In this document: piece after piece, positions 16,355 to 27,073 of the stretch | Layout of the letters: each line of letters opens with the position of its first letter | How positions within the stretch are numbered: the first letter of the stretch is position 1 | IMG/VR virus record: IMGVR_UViG_3300032030_000024 | Span: 1-64,000 of that record | Reading direction: 5' to 3' (one strand) | Length of the DNA stretch: 64,000 nucleotides | DNA from: a virus | Taxonomy: Duplodnaviria; Caudoviricetes | Notes under the pieces: model-generated | Seen by the model: only the letters and a program-made list of their open reading frames with translations | Told to the model about the DNA's origin: nothing | Database searches by the model: none | Position numbers and translations under genes: made by a program

Positions 16355-16717
16355 TTATTCGTTTATCGGTGGTAGCGGTTCTGCCGCAGCTTCAGTGGCT
16401 ATTGGCAGCGCTCCCTTGTTCTTGACGATGGAGTATATCATCTGGTAGCCCTGAACAATATCGCCCTGATTCTCCTTTATCCATGCGAAGATGTCCGAGG
16501 CGTTGCTCTTCACCTGCTGCATGAACGTAGGGGCTACGGGGTCGAAGTCGGGAAGGTTCAGGTTCTTGCTGTAGAAGTCGAACATTTCCTGCGCCTTCTG
16601 TATGTCGCCATTGTTGTACATCATGGCTACCTGTATCAGCTGTGCCTTGCTCGTGGGCACGTAGTTCTGTATAAACTCCATCTTCTGCTTCCTTTCCTTT
16701 CTGTTAAACCATAACAT
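16355..16717 (-). CDS. hypothetical protein
   Basis: start shortened to MLWFNRK; in operon. Confidence 0.6.
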   Translation of the reverse strand: MLWFNRKERKQKMEFIQNYVPTSKAQLIQVAMMYNNGDIQKAQEMFDFYSKNLNLPDFDPVAPTFMQQVKSNASDIFAWIKENQGDIVQGYQMIYSIVKNKGALPIATEAAAEPLPPINE

Positions 16718-16855
16718 GTTGCCGTGTTTTGTTACCAGATTTTTGTTACCATTTTTTCTATTTTGATAACATGATAACAAGATTCTAAGCAGGTTGGAAC
16801 CTGCTTGTCTGCATAGTTTCCTACACATTAAGCAGATTCCTTCCTAAATTTCCGC

Positions 16856-17431
16856 TTAACCGTTGCATCCGCATCCGCTTGCGGGGCAGTTGCACGGCCC
16901 TTCCTGCCACAGTGACACGCGCTGCGGTGACTGCTGGTACTTGCCAGTCATCACGTCTGCGAGAATCTTTGCAGATGCCTCGTTGGTGGCAATCTGGCTT
17001 GCGGAGAGCTGCCCCTGCTGCGAACCGCTGACGGAGTCGTTGATGGTGGCAGTCAGATTGATGTCACCGGCGGTACGTGCGTCGGTCTCACGCTCAAGGC
17101 CACGGATGACGCGGTCAAGCGTAGCGTTCGTGTTCGCGTTCTGCTGGTTCATCAGCTGAAGGGCGGCGGCGTACTGCGTAGCGGCCTGCTCCTTGGCAGA
17201 CTGTGCGGCTTCCTTGGCCTGGTTAGCCTTTGCCGATGCCTGCATGCCACCGAATATCCATGCCGTAGCTGCGGCAACAGTGCCGACCGTTCCGAGGACA
17301 AGCCCTGCCACTCCGATACCGCTGGTGTGGCTCTTGGCCTGCATGTGCTGTGTTTTGAACTGCTCGTATGGGGTCATGTCGTCCCTGCCCAAGCTCTTCA
17401 GCATCATCAAATCATTCATTTCGAGTGCCAT
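16856..17431 (-). CDS. membrane/coiled-coil protein with Cys-rich tail
   Basis: GVAGLVLGTVG TM segment; C-terminal CNCPASGCGCNG. Confidence 0.7.
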   Translation of the reverse strand: MALEMNDLMMLKSLGRDDMTPYEQFKTQHMQAKSHTSGIGVAGLVLGTVGTVAAATAWIFGGMQASAKANQAKEAAQSAKEQAATQYAAALQLMNQQNANTNATLDRVIRGLERETDARTAGDINLTATINDSVSGSQQGQLSASQIATNEASAKILADVMTGKYQQSPQRVSLWQEGPCNCPASGCGCNG

Positions 17432-17566
17432 AATGTCTCTTGTGTTTGTGTTGTGAATAAAAATAGTTACCTTTGTCGTAGCGCTTTGACAAAGGCAAAG
17501 TTAAGTATTAGATTTGTTGTAGGAAAGAGGCCTCGTGAAATGCCAAGTGACAGGTGGTGACACCTT

Positions 17567-17794
17567 TTAACACTCCATTGAAAGGCGCTTGAATGCTCGT
17601 TGAATGGTTCGCTTCGCAACACGAAGCTCGTCGGCTATCTCCATGATGGCACGGTCGTATTTCATGCCGTTTCTTCTCATGTGCCTGAAACGCTCGTAGG
17701 CATCAATATATTCGTAGTCTGTGAGGTAAACGCCATTCCGTGACATCGTTTTTAACGTTTCAGCCCCTAATTTCAGCATTTCATGAACTTTCAT
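17567..17794 (-). CDS. small HTH protein
   Basis: EIADELRVAKRTIQRAFKR. Confidence 0.7.
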   Translation of the reverse strand: MKVHEMLKLGAETLKTMSRNGVYLTDYEYIDAYERFRHMRRNGMKYDRAIMEIADELRVAKRTIQRAFKRLSMEC

Positions 17795-18019
17795 AGTGCA
17801 AATCCTTTGACATGTTAAACTTTTTGGTTATCTTTGCACCCATCATCTCACCTTTTGCGGACACAATAATGCCTCGCTACGACGAAGAAGAAGGGTCTAT
17901 TCCCCCCGACCGTCGCTGCGAGGCGTCATAAGTGAAAGGTGAGATGTTTATTTATGAAAGTCGGGGGATTTTTCTTTTCCCCTTTGTCTTTTTTGAATGG
18001 TCGTCAGGACTCACCGCAT

Positions 18020-18748
18020 TCACCGCCAGCTCATCTGCCTTATCAGCTCCATAGCCTGCCTGCCGTCGGCATTCAGGATGGCATCGGAATTGTAGCGGAA
18101 CCGTGCGGGAATGCGTTTCATTTCCTCGTCGGTGCAGTAGATGCTGTTCACCTTGTCGGCAAGCATGAGGCGCAGCGACGTGTAGTCGATGCCCCACACC
18201 ACATAGTCCTTAGTCCAGCCGTAGCGCTCACAGGCGGTGTCTATGAGCGAGCCGAAGACGGACTTGCCTCCGAAGGTGAGGTTGTTCTTGTCATCCCTGG
18301 CCTTGATACGCAGCACCTCGGCCAGCCTGTCCTGCTCCTTGTCTATGCCGAAGTGCTTCATGATGACTGCCGTCCTGTCGGAAGAGAGCAGTATAATCAT
18401 CAGCGCGGCAATGTCCTCCTCGGACAGCTCCCTCTCAAAGAGGGCTTTCCTTTCCGCGAGCATTGCCGTGTCCTCCACCTCGTCCTTTGTCTTGCAGGTG
18501 TGGTAGCAGATGATGGTCAGGCAGGCATCCTTCTTCTCCCCTGCAAGGCGCAGGGCTTCCATTGGGAGGTTACGCTGCACGTTCTGCGGGTCTATCCCAA
18601 GGCTGTCTATGCAAGGCTGTAGCAGGTACATCTTGCCAAGCGTCACGGGATGCAGGGCGAAGTGCCTGTCACCTACGGAGAAGCCGTATGGCCTGCCCAT
18701 AAGCGTGTAGGCAACATACTGCTCAATGTCCTTCTTGTCTTCTTCCAT
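18020..18748 (-). CDS. putative tail assembly chaperone
   Basis: HPVTLGK and RYGWTKDYVVWGI motifs typical of Bacteroidota siphophage tail modules. Confidence 0.6.
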   Translation of the reverse strand: MEEDKKDIEQYVAYTLMGRPYGFSVGDRHFALHPVTLGKMYLLQPCIDSLGIDPQNVQRNLPMEALRLAGEKKDACLTIICYHTCKTKDEVEDTAMLAERKALFERELSEEDIAALMIILLSSDRTAVIMKHFGIDKEQDRLAEVLRIKARDDKNNLTFGGKSVFGSLIDTACERYGWTKDYVVWGIDYTSLRLMLADKVNSIYCTDEEMKRIPARFRYNSDAILNADGRQAMELIRQMSWR

Positions 18749-18791
18749 TCCTAATAAATAAACAGTTACTTGAAAGGGGATGATGGCCTAT

Positions 18792-21700
18792 TCAATTACT
18801 CTCCCACACCAAATTTTCGCCAATATAAACTCTCTTCACTTCCTTATCTCCAATATACCTTTTCTTCAACCCGGCAGTAGTGCTACTTTCAATAGGAAGA
18901 TTGTCAATACTTCCAGCTGTAACAGTTACTGAGCTACCTGCTAATGGCTGAGGTGTAACTTGTTCTGTTGTAGATTCTGCAAGAGGATAGACAATAATAA
19001 CAGGAGTGCCGTTTGCGTATTGGTCGGCAAGGTATTGTTTAAATGCTTCAATGGTTGTTATTTCTGAATGAAAACATACCGTTGAATATATTTGACTTTG
19101 AGCACCCCTTGTAATATAGCCTTGACCTATTGTAACATCCGCAATCGATACACCGTTTGATAACATTTCAAAATGTGTACAATAAGCAGGAATAGAACGT
19201 GCGGAAGATTTTACTATACTAACAGGTGTAAAGTTAAGATAGAACCTTGAATACTGGCTTTCACGACCCCATGCTTCCGTACCATTCAACACCTTTATCG
19301 CTACATTCCTTGTAACCTTACCATCAAGTACACTCTGGGTGTCTTTATAATCACCTACATCAAGTAGCATTTCTGCATTAGCGGTATTGCCTAAATTGTC
19401 GGTTACGACTTCTTGAGTACCGTCGGTGTAGATTTCAACTTCATCATCAACAGCACCTGCTGTAAAATCTCCCGTGCCTGCGTTGGTTAAGAAGGTATTA
19501 GTTACAGTATCATAGAACCCAGCAACACCTGCAAGAGTTTTGCAAGGAATAAGTCTTTGAACTAATGTACTACCGTTCCATACCTCATATTCAGCCCAAG
19601 TTGATACACCACCGCCAACAAAAGAACCTACAGTATTTGTACCACCTAAGTACAGATTATATATATTGGATGACCAGCTTTCATTAGTTAAACATCCGCA
19701 TTTTAAATCATCCCATCTATCAACATCATCAATAATAAGTTTTTTACTTATCGGGTTAAACTCAATAGTGTGATAATTTGCACCCCAACTAACAACAGCA
19801 GGATTACTACCAGTATCAGCACCATCGTGTGAGTAAATACCTAAATTATTACTACCTGTCCAACCAAGTATGATACAAGAATTAGCTGTATAGCTGGTAT
19901 TTGTTTTTGCACCCCAAATGTTGTGATTATAAGGTGCTGTTCTTTTGACTTTAAATTTATAAGTATAAGCGGAATTTGCTTTTATACCTGTGTCAATATA
20001 AGAATTACTGTCAAAGGTTATACTCTCAACCATTTGATATCCTAACGGTAAACCGCTCTTGTTATGTACCTTCACCACTCCATTATTACACCAAATACCA
20101 GTAGGAGCATCGGGTGTAGGAATTGCACCTTTGACACTGAGAGTGTATTCTACAGGAGTAGCAAGTTCATAGTAGAGCATTACACCTGACAAATTGTTAA
20201 TATTGACATCCCTAGAAAGAACAATTGCAGGAGAATTGTATGTAGGAGAATAAAATACAGCGATACAATTACTGGTTTCCCTCCCCCAAATAATAGAAAA
20301 AGCTTCAATATCGTATTTACTACAAATTACATTATTTTTGACATTTGGATTGAATGTTGTAATAGGTATTGACAAGTCTAAGTTTCTGTTTAAATAATAT
20401 CTTATAGTATCGTTGCCATTAACCAAATCAAAGTCATTGCTATATACACCCAAATCCACAACGCCAACTCTCTTAACAGCAGTACCATGTTCAAAGTCAA
20501 TCTCATCCTTAATACTACCTGCTTGACATAGACCATTAGGAAACATCACAGTACCATTAATATCTGTTAGGGTAGTAATAGGGAAAGGATATTCCTTATC
20601 ATTAATTACAGTAGAAGGAGTATTAACTGATAATAGACTACCTGCATCATAAGGATAGTAATCTTTAAGACCTACATTAGTGGATAGCCAAGTATTGAAA
20701 TCAGAAACACTGTTTATCTGGTCAGCAATACCCATAGCTGTTAGGTCAAAGCATTCTACACTAGAAATATAAAAAACAGCACCAATAGTTCCTCCAAATC
20801 CTAATCTAATCTCATTATATTGATTAGTTTGGCACGTAAATAATCCCGATTTCTTTTTAAAAGAAGTATTTGTAAAACTGATAGTAACACTATTAGAACT
20901 ACCTCCGAAATAAGTTATTGCACTTTGAGTTCCATTAGATACCCGTGCAACAACGGATAATATATATTTGTGTCCTACAATATAGCTAATAGGATGTTGC
21001 ATCGTATAATCAGTAGATGTACTATTAGTAATAGATAATATTTTATTTATTACAGAAGTAGGATTGTTTCCATGTTTTCTCCATCCAGTAGTACCATTAC
21101 TAAAGTCGCCATTCTCTACAAGTTGATTCCACTTCACAGTATTACCTTTCATACTCTTAACAGGAGCATAATCAGTAGCTTGAGTCCTAACAACCTCAGT
21201 AGGCTTAGCACTTACAGTAACAGGTTCACCATACTCGCATGTAGGCGTAGTATAAACAATATCAGGCCCTGCAATAAATGAGCCATTATCAACAACATTA
21301 GGTAATATAAATGTACCATTAACTTTATTGAAAATACCTAAAGCATTATCTGAATCACGTCTGCAAGGTACAACAACAAAGCTTGAATTAATCCTTGCAC
21401 CATAAAATCTTGTACCTTGATACGCAAAATAAGTAGAATTGCTGTATTTACCTCTAAAAATTTCTATTTCGCCTATATCTGTTAGGGTAGAAGGAGCATT
21501 AGTAAAACTACCAATAAGAGTGCCATTAACATAAAATCCTGTCTTATTTACTTTTGCTGTGAATTTAGCAACACCATCTGAATTATTATCAGTAATTGTT
21601 TCACTACCAAGTGTACCTATTACCATTTGACTTGCATTTGCCTTAGCTATTCTAAAGTAATCCATGCCAGATTTGCATTGTGCAACCATAAGCTGAGAAG

Positions 21701-21893
21701 AAGTAGACATTATATTACTTGCTGTAATCTCCATTTCTGTATCTATATCAGCCATTATACCAGTTGCAAAATACACTCCTTCTGTAGCAATCTCAAGATA
21801 TTCTAACTGTGTATAACCAACAGGAAGCACTCCCTGCCGACATTTGCCAGCAAGGAGCACCTTTTGTAATTTATTAGTTGGATAAGTAATCAT
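18792..21893 (-). CDS. large virion adhesin / tail-fibre-like protein
   Basis: 1033 aa, repeated lectin-like blocks (LPxGY..IDTG..PC), CBM-like NGDFSNG; AT-rich. Confidence 0.65.
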   Translation of the reverse strand: MITYPTNKLQKVLLAGKCRQGVLPVGYTQLEYLEIATEGVYFATGIMADIDTEMEITASNIMSTSSQLMVAQCKSGMDYFRIAKANASQMVIGTLGSETITDNNSDGVAKFTAKVNKTGFYVNGTLIGSFTNAPSTLTDIGEIEIFRGKYSNSTYFAYQGTRFYGARINSSFVVVPCRRDSDNALGIFNKVNGTFILPNVVDNGSFIAGPDIVYTTPTCEYGEPVTVSAKPTEVVRTQATDYAPVKSMKGNTVKWNQLVENGDFSNGTTGWRKHGNNPTSVINKILSITNSTSTDYTMQHPISYIVGHKYILSVVARVSNGTQSAITYFGGSSNSVTISFTNTSFKKKSGLFTCQTNQYNEIRLGFGGTIGAVFYISSVECFDLTAMGIADQINSVSDFNTWLSTNVGLKDYYPYDAGSLLSVNTPSTVINDKEYPFPITTLTDINGTVMFPNGLCQAGSIKDEIDFEHGTAVKRVGVVDLGVYSNDFDLVNGNDTIRYYLNRNLDLSIPITTFNPNVKNNVICSKYDIEAFSIIWGRETSNCIAVFYSPTYNSPAIVLSRDVNINNLSGVMLYYELATPVEYTLSVKGAIPTPDAPTGIWCNNGVVKVHNKSGLPLGYQMVESITFDSNSYIDTGIKANSAYTYKFKVKRTAPYNHNIWGAKTNTSYTANSCIILGWTGSNNLGIYSHDGADTGSNPAVVSWGANYHTIEFNPISKKLIIDDVDRWDDLKCGCLTNESWSSNIYNLYLGGTNTVGSFVGGGVSTWAEYEVWNGSTLVQRLIPCKTLAGVAGFYDTVTNTFLTNAGTGDFTAGAVDDEVEIYTDGTQEVVTDNLGNTANAEMLLDVGDYKDTQSVLDGKVTRNVAIKVLNGTEAWGRESQYSRFYLNFTPVSIVKSSARSIPAYCTHFEMLSNGVSIADVTIGQGYITRGAQSQIYSTVCFHSEITTIEAFKQYLADQYANGTPVIIVYPLAESTTEQVTPQPLAGSSVTVTAGSIDNLPIESSTTAGLKKRYIGDKEVKRVYIGENLVWESN

Positions 21894-23266
21894 ACGCTCT
21901 CAATGATATTATATTCAGTATTCACGTCTTTAGTAGTCAAGGCATCATATTGAGCCTGAGTAAGGAGAACAATGGTTCTTACAGAAGTGCTTGTAACAAC
22001 TTCATTAGCTTCAATACCACTGTCAGTAAGATTGCCATTAGCATCAAGTCCAGCAAGATTCCCACTTGTAGCATTAGTAACCTTGTCGACTTTACCTGAC
22101 AAAAGAGCGGTAAGGTTGGCAGTAGTGGTATAATCAGCAAGAGCGGTATTCAATGCAGTAGTAGTAACATAGCCACTGAGGTCAATGCTGGTATCACCAA
22201 TCTTCACAAAGTCATTATTGGCATACACATATTCCTCGTATTTGTCACTTCCACTAATAGAAGCAGGGCCGATGAGATAGAGTACATTGTTAGCTGGGGT
22301 AGTAACCTCGCTTGAACTTGCATATATCTCATAATGGAATTGCTGAATAGCACCGATAAGAGCAGCTACTTCCGCCTTGGTGTAAGTCTCACTCTTGAGA
22401 TAATAGTTTGTTAAATCATTAACAGACTTAGTGATAAATCCACTAAGTTCTATTTCCTTTACTTTAGCAGATATGGTGTTAGCCTTGTATACTTCTACAT
22501 GATAATCACCTGAATTTTCACCTATTCTTATCCTGCCTACAGGCCACTCACATTTATATGACTCATTATTATTTAAAGTTATATAAGTAGATGTGTCTCC
22601 ATCTTTATAGATATAAACACTTACACCATTATTAACTATTATAGAGCCTTGTTGGATTGGAGCACTATAGTCTATTCGAATCCAGCTATAAGCATCATCT
22701 GTTCCTTCAAAAATAGTTGGCTTTATATTTTGAGCAACTCCTCCGCTATTTACCAAATTATCACTTTCAACAGTAGGTTCATTATCTACTCCCTGCCAAT
22801 CAGTGACAACAGTACTCCAAGTAGTAGACATTAGTCTATATTGAACATACTTATTGTCAGAACTCTGAATGAACTTGATGCTCATACCGCCTTTGCGGAG
22901 AGCATCTGGAACGTTTTCACCATCGGTGCCAAGGGCAGCGGTGAGGTCTGCGTAGGTGGCCGGAACGGGAGGTGTGCCGGTAGCATGGTAGGCAGAAATG
23001 TCGAACATTTCCGTGGCCACCACGGGGGTTTCACCACCACCACCGGGTGTCGGGGGCATCGGGTCGTCCTTGTGTGCGTTGTACAGCTGTACGAACCGCG
23101 TCTTTCCGTCGGGAAGGAGGATAAGGTCGTAGTCCTCGTTGTTCTTCGTTGAAACCAAGAGGATGTCACCGTACTCATACACCTTGTTCAAACCGACGAA
23201 ATGGCGCAGCGTCCCGAAGATGCGCTTTACGCCGTCACGTCTACCGTTGAATATCTCTCTTTGCAT
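21890..23266 (-). CDS. tail-fibre-associated structural protein
   Basis: SDNKYVQYRL..WQGVD, KYEEY..IGDT and LTQAQYDAL modules common in phage fibres. Confidence 0.6.
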   Translation of the reverse strand: MQREIFNGRRDGVKRIFGTLRHFVGLNKVYEYGDILLVSTKNNEDYDLILLPDGKTRFVQLYNAHKDDPMPPTPGGGGETPVVATEMFDISAYHATGTPPVPATYADLTAALGTDGENVPDALRKGGMSIKFIQSSDNKYVQYRLMSTTWSTVVTDWQGVDNEPTVESDNLVNSGGVAQNIKPTIFEGTDDAYSWIRIDYSAPIQQGSIIVNNGVSVYIYKDGDTSTYITLNNNESYKCEWPVGRIRIGENSGDYHVEVYKANTISAKVKEIELSGFITKSVNDLTNYYLKSETYTKAEVAALIGAIQQFHYEIYASSSEVTTPANNVLYLIGPASISGSDKYEEYVYANNDFVKIGDTSIDLSGYVTTTALNTALADYTTTANLTALLSGKVDKVTNATSGNLAGLDANGNLTDSGIEANEVVTSTSVRTIVLLTQAQYDALTTKDVNTEYNIIESV

Positions 23267-23609
23267 ATCTGTCAGTATTTATGGTTATTGTTCTTGTGCC
23301 GAAGCCCTGTTACTTACAATGTCCCGAACGCTCTCCTCAGAGGGCACCGCAGCCGTGTTCACAAGTGACTTTGCCTTCCTTGGCATAGAAGTCTACCTTG
23401 AAGTCACACTGTGCAAGGGTCTTGTCGCCCATGCTTGCCTCGTCCACGTTCAGCGTGAACTTTATCTTTGATTCTTTTTCCTGTTGTTGCCATATCCTTT
23501 GGCTTTTTTCGCGTTCCTTTTTCTTTTTTCCGAAAATGGATGAAGATGGAGCTTTCTGACTTCTCCTTCCCCATCCATTTTCTTGCCCTGACGTAAGGTG
23601 ATGACGTTA

Positions 23610-24164
23610 TCAGTCGTTGTCCTCGTAGGCTTCGTTGGAGAAAGTGACGGCATCATCCTGGTCTTCTGCCATCATCTCGGTGTTCTCTGCGAAGGAGACC
23701 ACGCCATTGCCGAGTGTCACCTTACCCCACTTCACGGTGTTGGTGTCTGCCGTGGATGGAGAAAGGGCATCGTGCGTGACATTCCAGATGGCACCCTCGT
23801 TGGTGGTGAAGTTGTCCTGGATATTCATTGCGGAACGCTCGATGTAGAAGCCGTCGGTGTCTGCGTCTTCCGGCTGGAGAAGAACGGCGTACTCGGCCTT
23901 CACGACACCATCCTTGTTGGGCGCGGGCTGGTTACGGCCTTGCGCCTTACGGATGTTGTAGGCGAGCTGATAGGTGTTCTTCTTGTACTTCACGGCCTCG
24001 TTCTCACCGCCCTCAATCTTGGCTTCCATCTTGTCACCCTGCGTGGTCGACAGGTTGGTAGAGTCCTCGACGGGAGTAGCAAGAAGCTTCCACTTGGCAT
24101 TGTCATCAGAGAGATTCTTGATGAGCAGTTTGGGTTTGCCCCAACTCAAAGGAACGTTATTCAT
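23610..24164 (-). CDS. major tail (tube) protein
   Basis: SWGKPK..TPVEDST..GDKMEAKIEGG; position after tail completion gene. Confidence 0.75.
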   Translation of the reverse strand: MNNVPLSWGKPKLLIKNLSDDNAKWKLLATPVEDSTNLSTTQGDKMEAKIEGGENEAVKYKKNTYQLAYNIRKAQGRNQPAPNKDGVVKAEYAVLLQPEDADTDGFYIERSAMNIQDNFTTNEGAIWNVTHDALSPSTADTNTVKWGKVTLGNGVVSFAENTEMMAEDQDDAVTFSNEAYEDND

Positions 24165-24168
24165 TGTA

Positions 24169-24576
24169 TTACTCGTTTACTTGTTTGTACTCTATTTTGT
24201 TGTTGATGATATACTCGTCGGCTCCGTCGACTTCAAGTACCCGCTGCTGTAAGAGCGTGGCGCGGAAGTCGGAGCCTCTGAACACCTCAAACAGGCTGCT
24301 TGCAAGGTCGCACAGCACATCAAGCCTTTTCGTCTGTTCCTCGGCCTGACCGTTCACGACATTGGCGGCGACGTAGATGTTCACGTTCACCGTGGCCGTC
24401 TGTATCTGGCCGTTGACGTTGGCAAGCACGGAAATGACAATGTCCTCCTTCTTCGAGCCGACAGGACGCTTGCCCGTCTTACGGACAACTCCCGTTATCT
24501 CGCGCTCAAGCTCAGAGCCTTGGATGTGATGAAACACATCGGTCTTGATGGCAATGTCATTCTTCATAGCTTCCAT
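24169..24576 (-). CDS. tail completion/terminator protein
   Basis: EDIVI..VNVNIYV; synteny. Confidence 0.65.
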   Translation of the reverse strand: MEAMKNDIAIKTDVFHHIQGSELEREITGVVRKTGKRPVGSKKEDIVISVLANVNGQIQTATVNVNIYVAANVVNGQAEEQTKRLDVLCDLASSLFEVFRGSDFRATLLQQRVLEVDGADEYIINNKIEYKQVNE

Positions 24577-25049
24577 GTGTTTATTTCCCTGATAGCTTTC
24601 TCCTTGGCATCCTCAAGCCTCTGCCTGACCACCGACTCTGCCCAGATGCGTGTTGATTCAAGCACATCCTTGGAGTCGCGAGCCTCCACCGTTTCCGCGT
24701 AGTCCATAGCTGCAACCATTGTCATTGCCACACAGTCCGAATACTGTCCTGCAAGACTCTGCACCATGCTGCGCCCCCTTGCGCTGCCCGTGCTTCCTTC
24801 GAGCACTTGGGCGAACTCCGTGGAGAAATAGACCTTGCCGTGGTCGTAGACCGCACCGCCTATCGAGCTTCTGAGGTTGCCCGTCACATCGTGGAAACTC
24901 TCGTCCCAACCCCTGTTGCGGGCTTTCTCGTCTGCCTCCCTGACGATGTCCGCAAGGGCTTGCCTCATACATTCCGTGATATGCTCGGATGCGCGTTGAA
25001 GAAACGACGCTATCCCGCTCACGGAGGTCTGACATACTATCCTAAGCAT
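24564..25049 (-). CDS. HK97 gp10-like neck protein
   Basis: DVTGNLRSSIG..AAMDYA..VE..DVL. Confidence 0.75.
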   Translation of the reverse strand: MLRIVCQTSVSGIASFLQRASEHITECMRQALADIVREADEKARNRGWDESFHDVTGNLRSSIGGAVYDHGKVYFSTEFAQVLEGSTGSARGRSMVQSLAGQYSDCVAMTMVAAMDYAETVEARDSKDVLESTRIWAESVVRQRLEDAKEKAIREINTWKL

Positions 25050-25383
25050 ATATCTTGCACTGCCACTGATAGCGGGCAAAGCCCTTCACGGTCAGCTCCT
25101 TCTGTTCCATCCCGTTGACGGTGGTCAGCCGCAGCCGTTCACCGTAGGCAAACTCCCTCGCCTTGGGATTGTGGAGTATGATGGTGAATGAGAAGGTAAT
25201 CTGCTTTCCGTCGCGGTCGGGCAGGGCAATGACGTTGTTGCGTCCTGCGGGGACGGCGTTGCACCGTCCGAACCTGACCCATTCCCCCTCATCGGGGGTG
25301 TAGTCACCGTTCTCGTCGTAGCCGCCTCCCTGCCCTTCCACGAAGTATTCAAGTTCGTAGGCGTTGAAATCGAGTACAGGCAT
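25042..25383 (-). CDS. head closure / head-tail adaptor
   Basis: GGYDENGD; size and synteny. Confidence 0.65.
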   Translation of the reverse strand: MPVLDFNAYELEYFVEGQGGGYDENGDYTPDEGEWVRFGRCNAVPAGRNNVIALPDRDGKQITFSFTIILHNPKAREFAYGERLRLTTVNGMEQKELTVKGFARYQWQCKIYA

Positions 25384-25712
25384 CAGCAGTTGATATATAC
25401 CTTCGGCGCGGCGGCATCTTCCTTCGCCTCCTCGCCAATTTCACCATACAGAGCGTTGGCTCTTTTGAGGATGGCCTTTCTCTGGGCATCAGTGAGCGCC
25501 CCCACCGACTTGTCTGCCTCAGAGAAGTTCACTGCCTGAATGAGAGAGAAAAGACAGTCAGCCAGTGCACCCTTGTAGCCTTTCCCTGCGGCAACGTCGG
25601 CTGTGAAGCCGTCATCACCGTCGAGACCCCTTCGGATGACGATGTTCTCAACCTTCCCGTAGGGGATGGGGAAGAACACCTCGTCGTGCAATGCCTGGAT
25701 GACTGTCTTCAT
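25383..25712 (-). CDS. head-tail connector
   Basis: follows the capsid gene; helical, SEADKS..ANALY. Confidence 0.65.
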   Translation of the reverse strand: MKTVIQALHDEVFFPIPYGKVENIVIRRGLDGDDGFTADVAAGKGYKGALADCLFSLIQAVNFSEADKSVGALTDAQRKAILKRANALYGEIGEEAKEDAAAPKVYINC

Positions 25713-25725
25713 CGTTCAATAATCT

Positions 25726-27018
25726 TTAGTTGACTGGAGTTACCTTGCCCTGAAGCTCGTTCTGCTGTTCCTCGGAGAGCTTGTTCACAGCCTTGATGAT
25801 AGCTGCGTCAGTGGTGGTGGTCTTCAGGCGTGTGCTGCCTACCTCGTTCAGCGCGGTGACGAAAGCTGCCTTGTCGTACTTGTTCCCCCATACGGTCACA
25901 TATACATCAGTGGTGTCAGCCTCCTCAGCTGCGGGGTCAAGCTCCTGTCCCTGCGAAATATCGTAGATGTAAATCTGGTCGATATTCTCGATGATAGGAG
26001 CAACGATGGCCTGTCCCGTGGTGGTCTCGCGCAGCGGGTTCGTCTCGCGGAAGCGGGCGATGAGCTTGTAGTTGTCAATCGTTGCGTAGAGCACGTTCTC
26101 CACAGGGTTCGTCTGCTCTGCCAAGCGGCCATATACCAGCGTTCCGACAATCTCGCCCGTGACGAAGATGATACGGTTGTCGTCCCAAGGCTTCACGCTC
26201 TTGCGGACACCATTCTCCTCAACGATAACCGAGCGGTTCACCTTCACGAACGTCACACCGCCAGTCTCGTCGGAAAACGACTCGTCGAACTTGTTCGGTG
26301 TGGGAACGGGCAGGGTGAAGTCGTCAGATACGATACGGCGCTCATAGTTGGCAGACAGCTCGCGAGCCTCGCGGGTGTGGCGCAGCACATCGTATGTGGC
26401 CTTGGAAATCCAAATCTGATAGATATTGACACCGTTCTCCTGTGCCTTGGCAATAACGTCGAGGATGTCCTCAAGCGACGGCTCGCCCTTGGTCGAGGAA
26501 TAGAAGGTGTTCTTCTCCAGATAGCCGAAGTTGATGCGCATGAGAGCGTTGGGGTTGTCCTCGTCCTTGATGGCCACATAACCACGGGAGAGACCATAGA
26601 GGAAGTTGTATTCGTTACGCTCGTCGATAGCCTGTGCGCAGGCAACGGGGTCGTTGGCCAGCTTGCGGGCGATGAGCTGGGCGTTGCCGCCCTGTGCCTC
26701 CATAGTGTTGAGCGCGTTGATGTCCGACTCCTTCAGGACGCGGCTGATACCGATCTTTGGCAGCTTGCCGTTGGACGTCTGGATGGTGTCGCGCTTCTTG
26801 ATGGGAAGCGGGCTGTCCATAGACACGAAGTCGGCAGCAACGTAGGTGGTGTCGGAAACGGTGCTCTCCCACTTGTTGTCGGGCGAGTACTCCTCGTTCA
26901 GGTGTGACTTGTGCAGATAGGTGAGATTACGGTCACGCTTGCCGTTGACCGTCTCGATAAGACGCTGGAGCATCGGGAAGAAGCGCTCCAGGTACTTCTG
27001 AAATAATGACTGTAACAT
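25726..27018 (-). CDS. major capsid protein
   Basis: 430 aa, VAADFVSMDSPLP..GKLPKI; follows scaffold and decoration genes. Confidence 0.85.
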   Translation of the reverse strand: MLQSLFQKYLERFFPMLQRLIETVNGKRDRNLTYLHKSHLNEEYSPDNKWESTVSDTTYVAADFVSMDSPLPIKKRDTIQTSNGKLPKIGISRVLKESDINALNTMEAQGGNAQLIARKLANDPVACAQAIDERNEYNFLYGLSRGYVAIKDEDNPNALMRINFGYLEKNTFYSSTKGEPSLEDILDVIAKAQENGVNIYQIWISKATYDVLRHTREARELSANYERRIVSDDFTLPVPTPNKFDESFSDETGGVTFVKVNRSVIVEENGVRKSVKPWDDNRIIFVTGEIVGTLVYGRLAEQTNPVENVLYATIDNYKLIARFRETNPLRETTTGQAIVAPIIENIDQIYIYDISQGQELDPAAEEADTTDVYVTVWGNKYDKAAFVTALNEVGSTRLKTTTTDAAIIKAVNKLSEEQQNELQGKVTPVN

Positions 27019-27073
27019 GTTGTTGTGTTATCCTTAAAACAATCTTCTTACCTTAAAAAAACGCTTCGCTCCC

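Noticed and set aside
17567-17794. HTH gene as sigma-like partner of dCas12f
   Set aside because: Only 75 aa, no sigma region 2, and 11 kb away heading another operon
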